Shown one piece after another: positions 1 through 9,122 of a stretch of DNA of 64,000 bases. The DNA comes from an uncultured archaeon (GTDB lineage Archaea > Asgardarchaeota > Lokiarchaeia > Sigyniarchaeales > SOKP01): assembly GCA_964508365.1 (NCBI GenBank), contig CAZDTP010000007.1:32001-96000 (forward strand), written 5' to 3'. The notes beneath the pieces were generated by a model, which was given only the letters and a program-made list of their open reading frames with translations, ran no database searches and was not told the origin of the DNA. The translations under genes were made by a program, and so were the position numbers. Position 1 is the first letter of the stretch. The number at the start of each line of letters is the position of its first letter.

Positions 1-1
1 T

Positions 2-355
2 AATTTTTGCATTGAGCTTTTCTCTAGGGGCGTTACTTAAAACACCAGGGTCTTCGTAGAGTTCTATTACAATGTACGCGTCGATATTTTCGATTAATTT
101 TCGGTAATGTAGAGGTGAAATTTCAAGAATATCACTTTTAATACTGTCATCCTGGTATATTGTATTTATGTAATTATCGCTGTTTGATATAATAACGGGA
201 ATCCCATTGTTTCTATAGACACTCAGGGCAATTTCTTCCAGTAAATCTTGACTATAAGTACCACCCTTTACTAGGACATTTTCCCCTTTTTTTTGAATAT
301 TAATAGCTTTTACAATATTTTTGGCACATAACTTAATTTTTTCTAATTCTACCAT
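2..355 (-). CDS. M29-family aminopeptidase (aminopeptidase T/PepS-like), N-terminal part; truncated by window edge; not in ORF track
   Basis: Hand translation from ATG at 355: MVELEKIKLCAKNIVKAINIQKKGENVLVKGG...LLEEIALSVYRNNGIPVII...ISPLHYRKLIENIDAYIVI; open to the edge; matches the M29 N-terminal pattern (NxQKGExVL; AYxxGxxPV; DAxIxI). Confidence 0.7.
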   Translation of the reverse strand, partial: MVELEKIKLCAKNIVKAINIQKKGENVLVKGGTYSQDLLEEIALSVYRNNGIPVIISNSDNYINTIYQDDSIKSDILEISPLHYRKLIENIDAYIVIELYEDPGVLSNAPREKLNAKI

Positions 356-594
356 ATTTCAATTAATTTTTTTTCTAATATTAATTTTAAACATCTTAAC
401 AAAAATGCCAAAATGATATTTTTGGTTTTCTTCTATATACTCTAACAGTTCTGATGACAAGCCTAAAACATGAAAAAATATCTTTAACAGCATTAGATTT
501 ATTACAAAGAATTGTTTTAAATTAAATATCAATAGGTTGAATTCTTAATGAGACCAAAGTATATCGCAGCTATAATAAAAGGTAACTTAGAATT

Positions 595-1059
595 ATGGTA
601 ATTCGAGAAGTAGGTTTATTATTTAGGGGATTTACTTTAGTAAAGAGAAGTTACCATAAAACTAGTTTAGGAAAAATTGATGCTGATTTAAGAAGCGGTT
701 TGCTCACAGCACTCTTAAATTTTGCTGAAACCGCATTCTCTACGGGATCTGTCGAGTACTTTCAAGGTAATAGATTTACAATCGCGTTTATAAACGCAAG
801 CATCTTAGCAGACGACAGCATTGACCCTGAATTATTAATTTCATATGCTATTATAGATAAACAGAAAAAGATTGACAAATATGTGAACAAATTAGTCAAT
901 CCCCTATTAGTTAAGGTTGCGGAGAATTTTAAAACACAGAACGAAGGTAAAAATTTATCTGAGGTATCTCAGTTCAGATTTTTTAAAAAAAACCTGGATG
1001 AAATTTTCGGATCGAATACAAAAAAAATTGATCAAAAGTTAGACGGTTTGTTTTATTAA
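595..1059 (+). CDS. Stand-alone longin/roadblock-like domain protein
   Basis: beta-beta-alpha start with DLRSGLLTALLNFAE, similar to the helix motif in 23024..25261 (GIVSGMFSAITSFIKE) and 63175..63927 (LMVSGFFSALNSF). Confidence 0.55.
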   Translation: MVIREVGLLFRGFTLVKRSYHKTSLGKIDADLRSGLLTALLNFAETAFSTGSVEYFQGNRFTIAFINASILADDSIDPELLISYAIIDKQKKIDKYVNKLVNPLLVKVAENFKTQNEGKNLSEVSQFRFFKKNLDEIFGSNTKKIDQKLDGLFY

Positions 1060-1097
1060 AATTATTAATTCTATTTATTTGAACTAAAGAATAAATT

Positions 1098-2051
1098 TTA
1101 AAAAGAACTTTTTTTTAAAAACCATAATATCAAAGGTAGAGCTATAGTTGCATCTGAAATAATCGTAGAGAATTTTGCGTTTTGATTTACTTTTCCCCAA
1201 GAAATAGCTTCGTGTAAAGTCGCTCCACTAAGACCACCCTGTTCTGGACGATCCATAGTTATCTGAATCGCATATTGTGCAGAGTTCGGGCAGAATTGAA
1301 GCGATTGCATAATAAAATTTTTAGGCACACCCCCACCAACAATGCAAATGCCAGCATGCTTTGCATCCCAAGCCAAGTTAACCATATTAAGCATGTCTTT
1401 AAAGTGATTAAGGTTTAAATTTTGAAAGTGGAAACCTAGTTGAAGTGCTAAACCAGAGTCAGTAAATGCAGGACAAAAAATTGGAATATTTTTTTCTGCA
1501 CATATCTTTAAAATAGATTTATTATCTGAGGGTAGATTATCCCCAAGGTACTTTAAAAAAGAACTAACGGACATATCATTACTAGGAATTTTTAGCTGGG
1601 ATACAAAATCTTCGATACCCTCGTACACTTTATTTGGTAAGTATACATCGTAGATTCTATTAAGGGATTGGTTGTGCAACTCAGAATCATTAACATCTTT
1701 AATGTTTAGTTCTCCTTGTAAATGGTGAAAACCAAGAGTTTCAGCTATATCGTGAGTCAAGGAAGCACCTGTAGTAACAAGTATATCAATAAATCCTTCT
1801 TCTATAAAATCGTGAATAACTTTCTGCATCCCTGCTGGCACTAATGCCCCAGCAAGCCCAAAAAATTTAACACAATCTCCATCTCTAATCATTTCCTTAT
1901 AAATTTCGCACGCAACGGCTAATCTCTTTGCGTTAAAACCTGTGTTTCCTAAAGATTGAATAAATGTAGTAATGTCTCCATTCTCGTCTATCTCAATTTG
2001 TTCTACCTCTTTCAATTTCTTTTTCAATTCGTCATCTGGCATTTTTTTCAA
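1098..2051 (-). CDS. dys: Deoxyhypusine synthase
   Basis: Motifs TGFNAKRL, GLAGALVPAG, TTGASLTHD, PAFTDSGL, GGGVPKN, GGLSGATLHEAISWGKV (catalytic Lys). Confidence 0.95.
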   Translation of the reverse strand: MKKMPDDELKKKLKEVEQIEIDENGDITTFIQSLGNTGFNAKRLAVACEIYKEMIRDGDCVKFFGLAGALVPAGMQKVIHDFIEEGFIDILVTTGASLTHDIAETLGFHHLQGELNIKDVNDSELHNQSLNRIYDVYLPNKVYEGIEDFVSQLKIPSNDMSVSSFLKYLGDNLPSDNKSILKICAEKNIPIFCPAFTDSGLALQLGFHFQNLNLNHFKDMLNMVNLAWDAKHAGICIVGGGVPKNFIMQSLQFCPNSAQYAIQITMDRPEQGGLSGATLHEAISWGKVNQNAKFSTIISDATIALPLILWFLKKSSF

Positions 2052-2052
2052 C

Positions 2053-2955
2053 TCATTTGCTGCTTAAAATAAAATACATTAATTCTACCATTATTTTTGC
2101 TGCCACATTTAAAGTTATATTATTTGGTAAATCTAAGGAAGGTGAAACTTCAACGATATCAAAACCAATTATATTAACATTTTTACTGACTTCTCTGAGG
2201 ATTTTCCATACTTCACGATAAGTAAAACCTCCAGGAATAGCATAACCTGTTCCCGGTGCTATAGATGGATCTAGTACATCGATATCAATCGAAATATATA
2301 TGTCCTCTATATCAGATTTTTCAAAAAATTCAATAATCTTCTCTGTAAATGAATTAACTCCTATATCGTGAAGCAGATAAGAGTTGAAATAGATTATATT
2401 GTTAGTTCTTGCGATTTTCAACTCAGGAATATCAACATCTCTTGTACCAATTATTAATAAGTTTTTATTTGAGATAAAATCCAAACTATGGATGAGGTGG
2501 GAAACAGTTGCATGAGAATAGACATTCTCTTGATATTTTTCATACAAGTCAAGATGGGCATCTAAGATAAGAACTCCTAACTTCTTTGGATTTCTAATAG
2601 AGTCTCCTATTGCTTTTATAACCGGATAGGTACAAAAGTGATCACCTCCAACCATAACTGGAATGATATCCTTTTTTTTCTCATATAACGATTTTACAAA
2701 ATCACCAATTTCTCGGATGTTCTTTTTTATGTTATTAGGATCAATCACAACATTCCCAGCGTCTATAAACTTTAATTTTGGTATTTCAAATCCCATTTCT
2801 GTTGTTAAAGCTAAGTGTTCTGAAATTATCCGTATTTTTTGAGGTGATTTGGAAGAGTTCGTATTTTCAATAGAAGTTAAGTTATCCCAAGGAATTCCAA
2901 AAATGACGAAATTCGTATCATTTTCTATTATTTCTCCAGAATCAAAAAAATTCAC
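2053..2955 (-). CDS. speB: Agmatinase / ureohydrolase family
   Basis: GGDH, DAHLD, SIDIDVLDPSIAPGTG, GFDIVEV metal-binding motifs. Confidence 0.9.
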   Translation of the reverse strand: MNFFDSGEIIENDTNFVIFGIPWDNLTSIENTNSSKSPQKIRIISEHLALTTEMGFEIPKLKFIDAGNVVIDPNNIKKNIREIGDFVKSLYEKKKDIIPVMVGGDHFCTYPVIKAIGDSIRNPKKLGVLILDAHLDLYEKYQENVYSHATVSHLIHSLDFISNKNLLIIGTRDVDIPELKIARTNNIIYFNSYLLHDIGVNSFTEKIIEFFEKSDIEDIYISIDIDVLDPSIAPGTGYAIPGGFTYREVWKILREVSKNVNIIGFDIVEVSPSLDLPNNITLNVAAKIMVELMYFILSSK

Positions 2956-2979
2956 TTTTCATACCTCTTTATTAATTAA

Positions 2980-4695
2980 TTACATTTGCTCCAAAACATC
3001 TATACCCAGGATATGCAAACCAATCCCAATTACGATTTGAACGCATTTAATCAACAATAATCTCGCTTTTTCTAATTCATCATCACTAGATAAGACCTGA
3101 CAAGAAGAATAAAACGAATTGAACGCTTGGCATAAAGTTAAAAGATACTGAGGAATCTGGTGAATAGTATAATTTTTTCTCACTGAATTCAAGATTTCGG
3201 GGAAGTAGTTTAGTTGCCTAACCAAAGATAGCTCATTCTCGTGGTTGATTAAATCCCAATTTACATTTAAATCGATTTTTTTTTTCGATTTAACTATTAT
3301 CGATTCAATTCTCGCATAACAATACTGAATGTAAGGACCTGTTTCGCCTTCAAATGAGATGCTCTCTTTAGGATTGAAAACAAAATCGGATTTTGGATTA
3401 AATTTAAGTATAAAAAAAGATAATGCAGCCAATCCGATTGCGGTAGCTCTTTCTTTTTTTGTTTTTTCCGTAAGATCAGGATATCTTTTATTTACTTCCT
3501 TAAAGGCTAAAGTTTGCATTTTTTCGATGATATCATCCGCATCAACTATAGTTCCTTCCCTACTTTTCATTTTACCTTCAGGTAAATAAACCATACCATA
3601 TGATAAATGAAATTTATCTTCTTTAAAACCCATCATGTCTAAAACAGCAAATAACTGCTTGAAGTAGAGGTCCTGTTCGTTTCCAACTACATATATCGAT
3701 TTGTCATAATCAAAATCTTTCTTTTTTTGATAAGCTAAGTAGATATCCTGGGTTATATATAAAGAGGTTCCGTCTTTTCTCATAAGAATCTTATCTGGTA
3801 AGTTAAAGTTTTCTTTTAGATGAGCGATAATCGCTCCGTCATCAGTTTTATTAAAAAATCCCTTTTCTAAACCCTCTAAAACCTTTTCTTTACCCTTCCA
3901 ATAAATATCCGACTCAAAATATTCTTTTTCGAACGAAATGTTCAATACTTTGTATGTCTCCTTAAACCCCTCAAGTGCCCAAAAATTCATTTTTTTCCAA
4001 AGTTCTCTAGTATTAGTATCGTTATCTTCCCACAATTTTAATAGATCGTATACTTCTTCTATAATTTTACCGTTCTTCTTTTCCATTTCAGCATATTTAA
4101 CATAGAACTCTCCAACGAAGTGATCTGATTTGATGTCTGGCTCCTTGTTGTTGCCCCATTTTTTGTAAGCATACATCGATTTACATATATGGATACCTCT
4201 ATCGTTGTTTAAGTTGACATCGAACACAATATCACCTTTATATTTTAAACAACTCGAAAGAGAGCGACTTATTAACATATTGCGGATGTGTCCAAAATGA
4301 AGTGGCTTATTTGTATTTGGTGCGGGGTATTCTATTACTATTCTTGAAGGGATTATCTGATTTATCCCAAATTCTTCATAAATTCTTCCATATTTCTCTT
4401 TCAATGTAAAAATCTGCTCAAGAAGCGCTTGTGGTTTTATTATGAAATTGATATATGGACCATCTGCTTTTATAATTTTTAAGTATTCAGGTAATTCTAA
4501 CTGTTCTTCTAATTCTTTGGCAATTTGCTGAGGTGGTTTCTTTTTAATTTTAGCAAGATGAAAACATGGAAATGCATAACTATAATTTAAATCTTGAGGG
4601 GGTATTTCAATGAAATTTTTAATCTCCTGTTTCGAAAAATTGGGGAGATAATCGCTTAAATATTCGGCGATTCTATTTTTATCGATTATTATCAT
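2980..4695 (-). CDS. argS: Arginine--tRNA ligase
   Basis: PNTNKPLHFGHIRN (HIGH), YVVGNEQ, KMKSREG (KMSKS), FEGETGPYIQY, FNSFYSSC anticodon domain. Confidence 0.97.
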   Translation of the reverse strand: MIIIDKNRIAEYLSDYLPNFSKQEIKNFIEIPPQDLNYSYAFPCFHLAKIKKKPPQQIAKELEEQLELPEYLKIIKADGPYINFIIKPQALLEQIFTLKEKYGRIYEEFGINQIIPSRIVIEYPAPNTNKPLHFGHIRNMLISRSLSSCLKYKGDIVFDVNLNNDRGIHICKSMYAYKKWGNNKEPDIKSDHFVGEFYVKYAEMEKKNGKIIEEVYDLLKLWEDNDTNTRELWKKMNFWALEGFKETYKVLNISFEKEYFESDIYWKGKEKVLEGLEKGFFNKTDDGAIIAHLKENFNLPDKILMRKDGTSLYITQDIYLAYQKKKDFDYDKSIYVVGNEQDLYFKQLFAVLDMMGFKEDKFHLSYGMVYLPEGKMKSREGTIVDADDIIEKMQTLAFKEVNKRYPDLTEKTKKERATAIGLAALSFFILKFNPKSDFVFNPKESISFEGETGPYIQYCYARIESIIVKSKKKIDLNVNWDLINHENELSLVRQLNYFPEILNSVRKNYTIHQIPQYLLTLCQAFNSFYSSCQVLSSDDELEKARLLLIKCVQIVIGIGLHILGIDVLEQM

Positions 4696-4824
4696 TTTAT
4701 ATGTTTTAAAAGTATACCAAAATTCTAATTATTGCTGATTGCAACTTTTATCTGTTTTGTTAAATATATTTAGTTTAACTCATAAAATTTATGATATTGA
4801 ATTATTAAGACGGTTGATTTAGTA

Positions 4825-6039
4825 ATGTCATTTAAACAAGAAGCTAGAAAACTTTATCCTAAATGGCCTATCTATAATGATAAAGAGATAAAAGCATTGA
4901 CTGAAGTTATAAAATCTGGAGAGTGGTGGTGTGGTGCTCCTGGTGCTCATCAAGGTAATAATGTTTGGGCGTTTCAAGATGATTTTGCTCAGCTTCAAGG
5001 ATCTGAATATTGTGTAGCAGTATGTAATGGAACTGTTGCAATAGAAGCCGCTCTCATGGCATTAGATGTAGGATTAGGGGACGAAGTAATTGTTTCTGAT
5101 TACACTTTTGTAGCATCTGCATCCGCAGTTATAGCAACAAACGCCGTTCCCATATTTTGTGATATTAATCCCAATACATTCGTAATGGATGTGTATAAAG
5201 TTGAAGAACTTATAACTGAAAGAACTAAAGCAATTATTCCAGTACATTTAGGGGGTAATCCGGTTAACATGGAGCATCTTATGGAGTTGGCATTGAATTA
5301 CGATTTAAAAGTTGTCGAAGATTGTGCTCACGCTCATGGTTCAGATTTTAAAGGTAAAAAAGTTGGGAATTGGGGGGACGCTGGCACATTTAGCTTTCAA
5401 GCTTCAAAAGTTCTTACAAGTGGAGAAGGAGGAGCTATAATTTGTAATTCTGAAGAATTAGCTGATAATATTTATTCTTATATTGACTGTGGGCGAAAAA
5501 AGAATCAACATTTCTATAAGCATTTCTCATATGGAACGAATTATAGAATGACAGAATACCAAGCAGCAGTTTTAAGAGCTCAATTAAAAAAATTCCCAGA
5601 CCAACATAAGCTACGAAATGAAAATGCCCAATACTTTATGAAAAAGCTAAACGAGATTAATGGGATAAAAACAATGAAACCTACACCTGGAACCACCAGC
5701 TTAGGGTGGTACGTATTTCCTATAGTATTTGAACTTAAAGAGTTTGGAGGTATAACGAAGTCAGAATTTTATAAAAAATTAAATAGAAATGGGATCCCTA
5801 CTGATGATTGTTACCCCCCTTTACATAGTTTAGATTGCTTCAAAACTACTAATTTAAAAAAAAGAATTGATTATTCTCGGGCTAATTGGGGAGGAGAAAA
5901 AAGTAACAATACAAATTTTCCAATTGTTTCTGATATTTATTCAAGAAGTATAGAATTCCCCCAGGAAATGTTATTAGCTAACAAAGAACAATTGGATAAT
6001 GTTGTAGACTTTATCAAATCCTTAAAAGAGAAGGATTAA
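4825..6039 (+). CDS. DegT/DnrJ/EryC1/StrS PLP-dependent sugar/cyclitol aminotransferase
   Basis: NGTVAI, YTFVASA, EDCAHAHG, FSFQASK (PLP Lys), GEGG, GTNYRM. Confidence 0.92.
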   Translation: MSFKQEARKLYPKWPIYNDKEIKALTEVIKSGEWWCGAPGAHQGNNVWAFQDDFAQLQGSEYCVAVCNGTVAIEAALMALDVGLGDEVIVSDYTFVASASAVIATNAVPIFCDINPNTFVMDVYKVEELITERTKAIIPVHLGGNPVNMEHLMELALNYDLKVVEDCAHAHGSDFKGKKVGNWGDAGTFSFQASKVLTSGEGGAIICNSEELADNIYSYIDCGRKKNQHFYKHFSYGTNYRMTEYQAAVLRAQLKKFPDQHKLRNENAQYFMKKLNEINGIKTMKPTPGTTSLGWYVFPIVFELKEFGGITKSEFYKKLNRNGIPTDDCYPPLHSLDCFKTTNLKKRIDYSRANWGGEKSNNTNFPIVSDIYSRSIEFPQEMLLANKEQLDNVVDFIKSLKEKD

Positions 6040-6048
6040 GAAGTAAGA

Positions 6049-7092
6049 TTAAACCACTTCTTCTAATTTTTTAGATATTGCACTTTTATACATCGTTTCA
6101 ACAATATTTAAAATTTTATAACCGTAATTGCTATTAGTAAGCGGTTTTTGATTATATAATATACAATCGATAAAGTGAGCAATCTCTTGAGGATAACCAA
6201 AAGACCATGCCTCAGTAGGAACGGGAAAGGTCCATCCTTTTGTTGTTTCAGCTTTTTCTACAGCATAGCCATACCCGTTTTTACTATACACATTTAATAA
6301 ATTAGAAAAAGTAGGTGAAACTTTGATTTGACCTTCAGTACCAAACAGTTCAAATCGCATGTCATAGCCTCCAGGAGCTGTCCACGACTCTTCAATTACT
6401 ACTTGAGCATCGTTTTCAAAATATAGAACCCCGATTGCGTTATCCTCAACTTCGCAAGTTCCAAAAACCCCTCGATCTGATTTAATTGTCTTAATTTGAC
6501 AGAATACTTCTTTAACTTCACATTCTAGATACCAAACTAAACACGCGATATCGTGAATTCCTAAATCTAATAACGCACCACCTCCAGAATCTTCTAACTT
6601 GTAAAACCATCGAGAATGTGGTCCAGAATGTTGTTCTTTTCCTCTCCCCATATATATGTCACCTAGAGCGCCCTCCTTAATAATTTCCTTAACCTTGCTA
6701 AATGAGGGAGCATACATGTTGTTTTCGCAATAGAAAATTGTTCTATTCGAAGAATTTTCTACATCTAACATTTCATCTGCTTCTTTAATGTTTCTAGCTA
6801 AAGGTTTCTCTACGAGTGCATGTTTTCCTGAGTTCAAGATATTACAAGTTACTTCTTTATGCAAATTATTAGGAACACATGCAGAAATAGCATCACATTC
6901 CAATTTTAGTAAGTCTTCATAATTCTTATAGTAGTTATTGATAATATGATATTTTTTCATTAAACTATTGGCTTCATCTTTATTATTTGACGCTATTCCC
7001 ACAATTTCTACATTTGGTAGTAAGGAATATGAATAGCAATGATGGTCAGCAATAAAACCGGACCCAATAATACCTACTTTAATCTTATTCAT
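6049..7092 (-). CDS. Gfo/Idh/MocA family NAD(P)-dependent oxidoreductase
   Basis: GIIGSGFIA Rossmann motif, HALVEKP, GGGALLDLGIHDI. Confidence 0.92.
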   Translation of the reverse strand: MNKIKVGIIGSGFIADHHCYSYSLLPNVEIVGIASNNKDEANSLMKKYHIINNYYKNYEDLLKLECDAISACVPNNLHKEVTCNILNSGKHALVEKPLARNIKEADEMLDVENSSNRTIFYCENNMYAPSFSKVKEIIKEGALGDIYMGRGKEQHSGPHSRWFYKLEDSGGGALLDLGIHDIACLVWYLECEVKEVFCQIKTIKSDRGVFGTCEVEDNAIGVLYFENDAQVVIEESWTAPGGYDMRFELFGTEGQIKVSPTFSNLLNVYSKNGYGYAVEKAETTKGWTFPVPTEAWSFGYPQEIAHFIDCILYNQKPLTNSNYGYKILNIVETMYKSAISKKLEEVV

Positions 7093-7161
7093 TTTAATCC
7101 TCTCTTAATAATTCTGATTAATAATAATTTAGGTTTTCAAATTTATAATTATCGTTTGATT

Positions 7162-8271
7162 TTATTTCCAGAATTCAGCAGAAGAACTGAACCTTTTAAT
7201 GTTGGAAAAAGGACAAGCAGCAATACAATTCCCACAATCACCTGAATTTTTGATCCAAAAATCAAAGCACTTTTCTACATCGACATAGTACTTTTTAACA
7301 CATGAATTGTTAGAAATCGTAGCTGGTTCAAAAGTCGGGTCGATTTCTTTTGTAATTGCGCCGGTTTCACAAGCTTCAGCGCATTTATAGCAAGTTTTAC
7401 AGAATTTCTCAACTTTTTTAACAAAATCCAAGTTCAAATCATCAGTTATTAAAGGCATATCTGTAAAAACTTTACAAATTCTAACTCTTGGACCATATTC
7501 TGGTGTAAGCAACAATCCATTTCTACCTAATGCTCCTAAACCTGCATCAATTGCCAGGGGTATACTAAGTGCAGTATCGTTACCACATTGGATCGCTCGA
7601 TATCCTAAATTTCTGATAAATTCACCTAAACAGGCAATTGCAAAAGCCATTTTTGAATAACCTACGGCTGCTGCAGCCGAGGCTGGTTGAGCAGGAGCAG
7701 TAGAAATTGCTATTTGATCCATTTCGATCGCCATAACAATAACTTTATTTATCCCCTTTGGTAAATTAATTGGGCTTTCTAATATAGAATTAGATGCATC
7801 ACCTTTTCTAATTCTTTCTTTTGAATCTGCTTCGCTGGTTAATGCAGGTCTTATAAAACCAGTTTTATAAATCCATCTTTCGTTAACATCTGCAATACCA
7901 ACTAGTGATGCTCCATAAAATTTAGCTGCTTTTTTCGTCTTTTCAGTAAATGCTTTTAAATCCTTAACAGGATACTTTTCTCTCATCCAGTCTATACCAT
8001 ATCCTATGTCTATTAATTCTTCTCTATGCCAACTGAAAGCAAAAGGAAATTTTTCGTAAACAGTCCATCCTGCAGCAACCAGTGCAAAATCAAGACGAGA
8101 ATACCCATCTTCACCCGAGTTAATATGATTGTCTATATTATACTCGAACATTTTCCCATAAGTAGGCAATGATTTATCCCATAATCTCCTATAAATCATA
8201 TTATACTTCTGATCGAAGCGACGGTATGAATTCTCGTCAATTTCATAGGGAGAATCTTTTTTTGTTTGCAA
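7162..8271 (-). CDS. rdhA: Reductive dehalogenase-like corrinoid/2x[4Fe-4S] protein without Tat leader
   Basis: RFDQK N-terminal motif, KFYGASLVGI, AIDAGLGALGRNGLLLTPEYGPRVR, Fe-S motifs CKTCYKCAEAC and CFDFW..DCGNCIAACP. Confidence 0.85.
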   Translation of the reverse strand: MQTKKDSPYEIDENSYRRFDQKYNMIYRRLWDKSLPTYGKMFEYNIDNHINSGEDGYSRLDFALVAAGWTVYEKFPFAFSWHREELIDIGYGIDWMREKYPVKDLKAFTEKTKKAAKFYGASLVGIADVNERWIYKTGFIRPALTSEADSKERIRKGDASNSILESPINLPKGINKVIVMAIEMDQIAISTAPAQPASAAAAVGYSKMAFAIACLGEFIRNLGYRAIQCGNDTALSIPLAIDAGLGALGRNGLLLTPEYGPRVRICKVFTDMPLITDDLNLDFVKKVEKFCKTCYKCAEACETGAITKEIDPTFEPATISNNSCVKKYYVDVEKCFDFWIKNSGDCGNCIAACPFSNIKRFSSSAEFWK

Positions 8272-8406
8272 CTCAATCCTTCTTCTTTATTAAATTCTTT
8301 TTTTACTACTTCTTTAAAAGAGTTAAGTCTATTATATATTATTTTAAACCATGAAATATAAAATTTTAAGAAGAAATTTATAAGTTAAAATATCATAATT
8401 CTTTCT

Positions 8407-8700
8407 ATGCCGATATATATTCTTGCAACTAAACTTCAAAACCCAAATTTAGTAAAAAACCGTAAGGAACATGGTGAAGAATATCTAAAATTAGTCAAAG
8501 AAAAAGTTCCGAATGTTAAATGGATTGCTCATTACGCAATATTAGGACCATATGATTTTATAGATATTTTTGAAGCAGATAACGAACATGATGCAGCGAA
8601 AGTTTCTTTACTTTCTCGAACTGCAGGAGCTGCTTTTGCAGAAAGCTGGACCGCCATTAAATACCCCGAATTTCTTAAATTAGTGGAAGATTTAGAGTAA
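8407..8700 (+). CDS. GYD-domain protein
   Basis: ~97 aa with MPxY start and LGPYDFIDIFEA motif. Confidence 0.8.
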   Translation: MPIYILATKLQNPNLVKNRKEHGEEYLKLVKEKVPNVKWIAHYAILGPYDFIDIFEADNEHDAAKVSLLSRTAGAAFAESWTAIKYPEFLKLVEDLE

Positions 8701-8718
8701 AAAAAATATTGTTCACTT

Positions 8719-9087
8719 ATGAAGAGGTTTATAGTACAAATAGGATCAGGCGTAGATCAACACGGACATAATGATGATTGCACTAATGCCGCAATAAAGG
8801 CAGTTAAAAACGCAATTTCAAATAACTGCCTTACAGGTCTATTGGAGATTTGTGGTATAAAAGAACCAAGCGATCTTCAAAAAATGATCGTACATGTGAA
8901 GATTGGAGCACCTTATCCCGAAAATGTAAAAAGAGAAAAGATTTTACAAGCGATTCCATTTGGTTCCAAATCAATTGAGATAGAAAAAGGAGGTTTAGTT
9001 GCAACAGGGATAATGGTTAAAAAATTAGGGGATACCACTGATAAAATAATTGTCTGTAATGCGGCTGTAACTGTATCGATCCTATAA
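8719..9087 (+). CDS. Lin0512-family protein
   Basis: GSGVDQHG..TNAAIKAVKNAI..N, KIGAP, AIPFG, CNAAVTV. Confidence 0.8.
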   Translation: MKRFIVQIGSGVDQHGHNDDCTNAAIKAVKNAISNNCLTGLLEICGIKEPSDLQKMIVHVKIGAPYPENVKREKILQAIPFGSKSIEIEKGGLVATGIMVKKLGDTTDKIIVCNAAVTVSIL

Positions 9088-9122
9088 AAAAAAGGAAGTA
9101 CCGAAAAAGGAGAAACTATAAG

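Noticed and set aside
359-493. 44-aa minus-strand ORF upstream of the aminopeptidase (MLLKIFFHVLG...)
   Set aside because: No motif; short AT-rich ORFs of this size arise by chance
8719-9087. Lin0512 protein as a tubulin-related eukaryotic signature
   Set aside because: Any resemblance is limited to the FtsZ/tubulin C-terminal fold; the family is widespread in bacteria and has no GTPase domain
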